A stretch of 39,939 bases of DNA from a virus. Its lineage: Duplodnaviria > Caudoviricetes. Shown here piece after piece: positions 34,176 to 39,939 of the stretch. The notes under the pieces were generated by a model. It had not been told where the DNA came from and did no database searches. It saw nothing but the letters and a program-made list of their open reading frames with translations. Position 1 is the first letter of the stretch. Each line of letters opens with the position of its first letter. The stretch lies in the IMG/VR virus record IMGVR_UViG_3300022190_001504, positions 1-39,939 of that record, one strand, 5' to 3'. A program made the translations under genes and the position numbers.

Positions 34176-34616
34176 TCAGTCCTCGCTGCCGTCAAGTTCA
34201 CCGGCGCCGAACTGCGGCTGGATACCTGACGAAATCGCCAGCGAAGCCGACAGCGCGCCCTTGTAGAGTATCTTGCCCGTGCTGGTTGACGCCGTGCCAA
34301 TTGCAAAGTGCGTGGCCGTCTCGGACGAGCCCGTGCATTGCGGGAACTGGATCAGCGCCGCGTTGGTTACGGTGTTGCTGCTGACCGTCCAGCCAGAGCC
34401 CGAACGCGCCACAGCAACCCGCGCATAGCTCGTATACGCGCATTCGTTCGTGGTCTGGTTGCCCGCCTCGCCAGGATCGCCAGTGTGGAGCGACACATAG
34501 AGCGAGCCAGCCGTGGACGAGCCACGAAGGCCGGTTGCGTCCCCGATCAGCGCGATGTCGCTATTGTTGAAGATGTGCAGAAGCAGCTCGTTTTCGAAGG
34601 TGTTGCCCTTGCTCAT
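34176..34616 (-). CDS. Virion structural protein (fibre-base-like)
   Basis: LYVSLHTGDPGEAG..YTSYARVAVAR..THFAIG motif of a widespread phage structural family. Confidence 0.75.
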   Translation of the reverse strand: MSKGNTFENELLLHIFNNSDIALIGDATGLRGSSTAGSLYVSLHTGDPGEAGNQTTNECAYTSYARVAVARSGSGWTVSSNTVTNAALIQFPQCTGSSETATHFAIGTASTSTGKILYKGALSASLAISSGIQPQFGAGELDGSED

Positions 34617-36763
34617 TATTCAATCCCTATCGGCTTGCCATCCGCACCGCGGACGATTGACTTCGGCTTGCTCAATGCAGCGGCCAGGGCTTGCAGGCCC
34701 ATGCCTACAGCATCCCCGCTCTTGTCCGGCTTCTCGGTTTCCTTGGGCTTCGACGCCTCGCGTTGCGCGCGGTTGTCTTCAGCCATCGACTGACGGTCGG
34801 CCATGCGCTCGGTCAGCGCGGAACGCTCGCGTTCCATCTCGACATTCGCCGCCAGTTCCTGCTGCTTCAGCCCGAGTTCAGCGCGCTTCAGGTCCAGTTC
34901 GGCCAGCTTGAATTGCAGCTCCTGCTGCTTGATCTGTAGTTCCTGCGCCTTGATAGCCGTCTCGCCCTGCGCCTTGACCTGTTCGGCCGTCATCCGCTCG
35001 CGCTCTAGCTCAATGTTGGACTGCGCAAGGGCGCCCTCGTTCTGCGCCTTCGCCATGTTCAGCGCGGCAGAGCTCTCCTTTGTCGCAATCTCGGCCATTG
35101 CAGCGCGTTCCTGCATCTGCGCCTGTTTCTGCGCCATTGCCTGCGCCTCGGGGCTTTGCTCGCCACCGCCGCTCAGCAGCTCCGTCATCTTCTTCTTGCG
35201 CTGCGCCGGCAGGCTGCTCGCCTCGATCAGCGCCAGCGCATAGGGAGGCGGCAGGGCTGCAAGCTGCGGCATGATCTGGGCTAGCTGTTCGAACTCTTCG
35301 GACTGCAACGTCACAGTGTCCGGTCCCGTCTCGAGGATCACGTCAACGTCCATCTGCGCGACAGCGTTCTGCACCATCGGCTGGCCCGTCATCGGGTCTA
35401 CCTGCACCTGGTTCAGCCCGATAAACTGCGTGGCCTGCTCGTCGTCCGTGATGCGCACCCATTTGGGTGCTTTCCAGAATTGCTTGATCCGCGCCCACGT
35501 CGCCCGGTAGACGCGCAACTTGAAATCATTGAACCGGTCATACAGCGGCGCGAGCTCGGCAAGTCCTGCCTGCTGCTGGGCAATGATAGCGCGTCCGGAT
35601 TGGCCCTCATTGCCCTTGCCTTGCAGCGCATTGTTGGGGCCAAGCAGGTCGATCTCGGTCTTGGCTTCCTGAAGCATGTTCAGGTTGCCCATCGTCTCGG
35701 CTTGCGTGTCGAGAACCTGCACGGCTTGCGGGTCTACAACCTCCACCCAGCCATCCGGCCGGGCAATCTCGCGCTTGGCCTGCCCGACGTCAGCAACGGC
35801 TCCCTGCTGCGCCATGACGCGGCGCGAGTGCAGGAAGTGAACGGCCTTCGAACGCCTGTGATTAATTTCGTCCTGCGGCCCGCGCATGTCGTGGACAACG
35901 CCATAGCGGCAATTCTCGCGGTCCACGTAGGCGCTGAACGCCTCGATGGGGCAGACGGTCTTGCCCTTCTCGTCGCGGTAGTAGCTCGGCCCGTCCATGA
36001 CGAGCGTTGAGCCGACAACCACCGCGTAATTGTGTTCCGCGCCCTGCTTGTAATAGAGCTGGCAGACCTGGACGCGCCGGCGCTTGCGGTCGATCCACGT
36101 CCCCGAAGACGGCTTGTCGTCAACAGACTGGTCCGCAACGAAGGCTTTCTCGCTGCCGGTGATGCCCGCCTCGATCTCCTTGCCCTTGTCGGGGTACAGC
36201 GCGATTGCGTCGTCAGCGTCCATCCACTTCAGCACGCCGAGGTAGCGCGCATCGCTGAAATCGTGGCGGCTGCTTCTCGGATCGAAGATGAACTCGTCCC
36301 AAGGGATCAGGTTGACGCGAATGTCTTCCGGCCCGTCCATGATGACTTCGGCCGCACCAGCGCCCTCGATCATCCCGCACTCAAAAGCGCCGCTGAAGAT
36401 GTTGTTGAGCCGCGTCTGGTCGCTCACGAACCGCAGCGCCTGCGTGACGATGTCGGCGCTCTGCTCGTCTCGAGGCGTGCGCGGGTAGGCCTTGGGATCG
36501 GTGCGCCTGTTGCGCTCGACGCCGAGGATGCTGTCCACCTTGCGCTTGATGCGATTGAAGACGATAGGCGGTTGGCCGCGCTGCTTCAGCGTGGCGATCT
36601 CTTCTTTCGTCCACTGCTTGCCGTCGTAATAGTCGCGATGAAGGGCCGAGCGGTCGCGGGCTTCTTCCATCGTATCGAGATACTCGCGCACCATCTTCCG
36701 GATGCGCTCGGCGCCGTCCTCGCCCGCTTCGGGCTTGGGCGACAAACTCACAATACTCGCCAA
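34616..36763 (-). CDS. Portal protein (P22-like, long C-terminal helical barrel)
   Basis: DYYDGKQW..RGQPPIVFNRI, QDEINHRRSK, SGRAI, Q/E-rich C-terminus; alternative GTG start at 36751. Confidence 0.92.
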   Translation of the reverse strand: MASIVSLSPKPEAGEDGAERIRKMVREYLDTMEEARDRSALHRDYYDGKQWTKEEIATLKQRGQPPIVFNRIKRKVDSILGVERNRRTDPKAYPRTPRDEQSADIVTQALRFVSDQTRLNNIFSGAFECGMIEGAGAAEVIMDGPEDIRVNLIPWDEFIFDPRSSRHDFSDARYLGVLKWMDADDAIALYPDKGKEIEAGITGSEKAFVADQSVDDKPSSGTWIDRKRRRVQVCQLYYKQGAEHNYAVVVGSTLVMDGPSYYRDEKGKTVCPIEAFSAYVDRENCRYGVVHDMRGPQDEINHRRSKAVHFLHSRRVMAQQGAVADVGQAKREIARPDGWVEVVDPQAVQVLDTQAETMGNLNMLQEAKTEIDLLGPNNALQGKGNEGQSGRAIIAQQQAGLAELAPLYDRFNDFKLRVYRATWARIKQFWKAPKWVRITDDEQATQFIGLNQVQVDPMTGQPMVQNAVAQMDVDVILETGPDTVTLQSEEFEQLAQIMPQLAALPPPYALALIEASSLPAQRKKKMTELLSGGGEQSPEAQAMAQKQAQMQERAAMAEIATKESSAALNMAKAQNEGALAQSNIELERERMTAEQVKAQGETAIKAQELQIKQQELQFKLAELDLKRAELGLKQQELAANVEMERERSALTERMADRQSMAEDNRAQREASKPKETEKPDKSGDAVGMGLQALAAALSKPKSIVRGADGKPIGIE

Positions 36764-38202
36764 TTGTCCGCCTTTGGTGGGGGCCTGTAGTCGCGTGGTC
36801 GCGTCAATGGTTGAGGCGCGGCAGGCGTGAAGCCTGGGTGCGCCATGTCGATCACCATGCCCATCAAGGCGCAGGTATCGACCAGGTCGTCGTGCTTGCC
36901 AGCCGGGAAGCTCAGAAGCTGGTTAAGCACCTTCTCGCCCAGATCCGTCTTCGGCAGGCTTACCTTGCCCATCGCAGCGCGAGCCTGGAATGCTCGGGCG
37001 CGGGTCGGCTTGTCCGAGATGCTCGGTATCCACTCAGTGCGCGCGAACACACGCAGCTCGTTCATGCGGCGCGTCAGCATCGGCTTGACCGCTTTGACGA
37101 TCACGCCAGCCTCTCCGAAGTAGCAGAGCGGCTTGTGCTGCTTGACCAGCCGCAACAGCTCTTCGATCCACACATCCGCCGAGGTCTGGCCTGTCCAGCC
37201 ATCGATCAGCGTCAGCGTGTCCTCGTGATAGTTCCACACGAGATGCGCGGTCCAATCGCCGCCGTCCTCTGTCACCGCGTAATCGCTCGTGATGTAGATG
37301 TGGCCCTTGGCCGGCGCATCGTCGTGGCGCTTGAACCAGTCCCGCAGGAAGAACGTGCCGTCGTCAGGCGTCGGGTTCTGCTGGTAGAGCGCTTCGAAGT
37401 CGCGCGGCCCGATTGCAGCCTTGATGCGCTTCAATGCGTCGACGTTGTAGCGTTCAGGCCAGAGCGCCTGGCCGTCCTTGATGGCAGGCAGGTTGACCTT
37501 GACCCACTTGTCACCGCCGTTGCCTTCAGCCTCGAGGAGCCGCCCGCCGAGATCGTCCTCATGCCAGCGCGTCTGGATCAGGATGACGGCCCCGCCCGGC
37601 ATCAGGCGGGTGTAAGCGGTCGATGTGTACCAGTTCCAGATCGTCTCGCGCCGCAGCTCGCTCTCGGCTTCCTCGCGATCCTTCACCGGATCGTCAATCA
37701 GCAGGATGTGAGCGCCGCGACCAGTGACGGCCGTGCCGACACCAGCCGCAACGTAAGCGCCGCCCGCGTCCGTGTTCCACCTGCCGGCCGCTCGGCTGTC
37801 TTCCGCCAGCTTCACGTTGAAGAGGCGGGAGAACTCGTTCGTGCGGATGATGTTGCGGACCTCGCGCCCGAAGTCCGAGGCTAGGTCCGAGTTGTAGCTG
37901 GCCGCGATAATTTGCTTCTGCGGGTTCCGGCCCATGTACCAGGCGGGAAAGCGCCTCGACGCCAGTTCGGACTTGCCGTGCCTTGGCGGCATGAAGATCA
38001 TCAGCCGATCGATCTCGCCCCGTTCAACCGCTTCCAGCTTCTCGGCTATCTCCGAATGTGGCGGCGCGGGCTCATAGGCGTGGTTCGTGTAGCTAGTGAA
38101 CGGGATCAGACCCGTTCGGGCCTTCCGGCGTTTCAAAAGCTCCAACGCTGCCGCTTGTGGCGATATGTGCGAGGTCGCTATCGCTAAGTTCGCTTGGCTC
38201 AT
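36748..38202 (-). CDS. terL: Terminase large subunit
   Basis: MPPRHGKS, GRGAHILLIDDPVKD, QTRWHEDD, LYQQNP, FPAGKHDDLVD. Confidence 0.96.
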   Translation of the reverse strand: MSQANLAIATSHISPQAAALELLKRRKARTGLIPFTSYTNHAYEPAPPHSEIAEKLEAVERGEIDRLMIFMPPRHGKSELASRRFPAWYMGRNPQKQIIAASYNSDLASDFGREVRNIIRTNEFSRLFNVKLAEDSRAAGRWNTDAGGAYVAAGVGTAVTGRGAHILLIDDPVKDREEAESELRRETIWNWYTSTAYTRLMPGGAVILIQTRWHEDDLGGRLLEAEGNGGDKWVKVNLPAIKDGQALWPERYNVDALKRIKAAIGPRDFEALYQQNPTPDDGTFFLRDWFKRHDDAPAKGHIYITSDYAVTEDGGDWTAHLVWNYHEDTLTLIDGWTGQTSADVWIEELLRLVKQHKPLCYFGEAGVIVKAVKPMLTRRMNELRVFARTEWIPSISDKPTRARAFQARAAMGKVSLPKTDLGEKVLNQLLSFPAGKHDDLVDTCALMGMVIDMAHPGFTPAAPQPLTRPRDYRPPPKADNWRVL

Positions 38203-38434
38203 GCTTGTGCGAGAATGTCCCGGTTATGCTTGAGAGCTTGGGATGGATGAACGCGGCGGCGGCTTGAGCCATCGCGTCACGGCGCTTCTCGTCTGCGGTG
38301 TGGTCGCGCATCACGCGCAGCATGTACTCGAGCGGCATCTCGCCTTGGCCGACTGCCTCAAGCGCCTGTTTGGTCGCCTGCGCCTTCGAGCCGGGTTTTC
38401 GCCCCGCTCCTGGTCGTGCTCCGCCGCGTGACAT
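38093..38434 (-). CDS. terS: Terminase small subunit
   Basis: RGGARPGAGRKPG, PLEYMLRVM, AAAAFIHPKL; immediately upstream of terL. Confidence 0.82.
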   Translation of the reverse strand: MSRGGARPGAGRKPGSKAQATKQALEAVGQGEMPLEYMLRVMRDHTADEKRRDAMAQAAAAFIHPKLSSITGTFSHKHEPSELSDSDLAHIATSGSVGAFETPEGPNGSDPVH

Positions 38435-38460
38435 GGTTCAATGAATGCTTTTCAAAACGT

Positions 38461-38835
38461 TCAGGACGCGTACGTCCAACCGTAATCGCTGCGCCAGTTC
38501 CCGTTCACCTCGACATACCGCAGCTTCTCGATGCGCACGCGGCCATCCGAGAACGTCACGGTCACGTCAGTGTCGCCGTATCCCATTCCGAGGCCAGTTG
38601 TGGTCAGCGTGACCTGGCCGGATGAGACCGCGACGGATCCGCTGATGTTGCTGTCAGTGACAGCGGCAGTAATCGTTGCGCCGTTTAGGACATCGGTGAA
38701 GTCAAGGACGGCTTTGCCTGTCTCGTTCTCGCGCTGTTGCAAGACGAACCTCCCAACACGATGGTCTTTAGTGACGCCGCGCAAGATTTCGCGGTTGTTC
38801 TCGCGGTATCGGATAAGCGGGTTGGGGTAGGCCAT
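38461..38835 (-). CDS. Hypothetical beta-rich protein (possible fibre adaptor)
   Basis: LDFTDVLNGATIT..; GAGGAAGG SD. Confidence 0.7.
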   Translation of the reverse strand: MAYPNPLIRYRENNREILRGVTKDHRVGRFVLQQRENETGKAVLDFTDVLNGATITAAVTDSNISGSVAVSSGQVTLTTTGLGMGYGDTDVTVTFSDGRVRIEKLRYVEVNGNWRSDYGWTYAS

Positions 38836-39034
38836 TACTTGCCTTCCTCTGCGTCACTTCACGAACTGTTGATTTGGAGACAGCCAAGTAACTTGAGGCT
38901 GTAACGTATCCCGCAACAGGCGAATGCGTATGTTTGGGACATGCGCTGTGAAGCGCTGTGATGTTTGACAATCAATCGGGGCTGGCACGGCTCGAACCGT
39001 GTTTCTCCAGCCCCTAACGGGAAAGGACCCCGCT

Positions 39035-39505
39035 ATGAATACGAAATATACCGAAGACCGTCCGTTTGAAAGCCAAGCCTGCCTTGCGTTCGTTGGACTT
39101 TCAGTTGTCACCGCCACCTTAGGCTTCTGGGCCAAGGGTTGGCTTCCCGGAACACTCCTGACGGTTGCAATGGCCGTTATCGTGTTCCTCCTGAGCAAGG
39201 CCGTTGGCCGGGTTCAGGAAGCCTGGGAAACGCGGAACTGGTTCACCGCAGTTGTCGCTGGCATTCTTGCCGTAGGCTTCTGCTGCATTGAGGCTGGCTT
39301 GAACCACATCGGGCTCGAGCATCTCAATACGACGTATGATCTGGCGCCGGCATGGGCCTTGTGGCCTGCCTGCTTCTTCATCAGCCTCGTGAACGTCTTC
39401 GCCTCGTTCGGCTTTGCACGGACGCTGCGAGACAACCGGATCGTCCCGGTTCAGACCAACCCGGCCCGGCAACTGGCCGAACTCAGGTGGAAAAAAGCTA
39501 GCTAA
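39035..39505 (+). CDS. 4-TM membrane protein, moron-like
   Basis: AAGGA SD before ATG 39035; four hydrophobic helices; opposite strand to neighbours; TTGACA at 38965. Confidence 0.75.
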   Translation: MNTKYTEDRPFESQACLAFVGLSVVTATLGFWAKGWLPGTLLTVAMAVIVFLLSKAVGRVQEAWETRNWFTAVVAGILAVGFCCIEAGLNHIGLEHLNTTYDLAPAWALWPACFFISLVNVFASFGFARTLRDNRIVPVQTNPARQLAELRWKKAS

Positions 39506-39930
39506 CCATCAAACCCCTCGCCCTCACCGGCGGGGGGTTTTTCGTATCCAATCCACTCGGAGCGTTCTTTCAGCAGGTTCAGGCTGAACCGCCGCTTGGC
39601 CTTTCGTCGGACGTCTTCGCGGGTAATCGGCCGGTCACTAAGAACCAGATGAAAACTACACCAGCCATCATCCGGGCAATCCGCCATGAACCAGACGTAG
39701 ACGTGCCTGCGTCGCGCCGCTGCCAGGCGAAAGCCGATGGCCCCGACAGCCTCGTCGCGCTCGGCTTCGAAGGCGCAACGCTCATAGATCCGTTGCAGCT
39801 CGCAGATCCCTTCCGCATCGGGAGCGGTCAGGGAAACAACGATGAATTCAAGGGTTGCGGTGGTTTCGGGATCGGGGGACCAGCGCGCGGCTTCTATGGA
39901 TGCCACAACCTCACGCGTCGGTAGGATCAT
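39502..39930 (-). CDS. Hypothetical protein
   Basis: 142-aa ORF whose 5' end lies in the terminal overlap; stop overlaps the convergent stop. Confidence 0.6.
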   Translation of the reverse strand: MILPTREVVASIEAARWSPDPETTATLEFIVVSLTAPDAEGICELQRIYERCAFEAERDEAVGAIGFRLAAARRRHVYVWFMADCPDDGWCSFHLVLSDRPITREDVRRKAKRRFSLNLLKERSEWIGYEKPPAGEGEGFDG

Positions 39931-39936
39931 GGCGCC
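39813..39936. repeat. Terminal direct repeat, right copy
   Basis: Identical to 4-127. Confidence 0.95.
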
Positions 39937-39939
39937 TTC

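Overview
The window is an apparently complete (~39.8 kb, circularly assembled; 124-bp end overlap) temperate P22-like podovirus genome, GC-rich and probably infecting an alphaproteobacterium. Minus strand 209-8151: cro, RusA, HNH, Sak4-like AAA ATPase, DUF669-like SSB, Cas4-like nuclease, TOPRIM primase/helicase/wHTH, an iteron-containing origin and a candidate late regulator. Plus strand 8255-11900: short cI, small early genes, xis and a tyrosine integrase that contains a tRNA-Glu-type attP. Minus strand 11982-38835: lysis cassette, tailspike, three ejection proteins, tail hub and adaptor, capsid, scaffold, a 7-gene structural insertion, portal and terminase. Best candidates for new biology: (1) the large ejection protein carries modular C-terminal cargo, including a GNAT acetyltransferase, so it may inject effectors; (2) two structured RNA leaders lie next to intrinsic terminators inside operons, with no recognisable antiterminator gene; (3) three replication proteins share an N-terminal peptide; (4) a 7-gene module with a paralogue pair lies between portal and scaffold; (5) the endolysin is membrane-anchored and sits in an enlarged lysis cassette. 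All family calls come from motif recognition and synteny; no database search was run.
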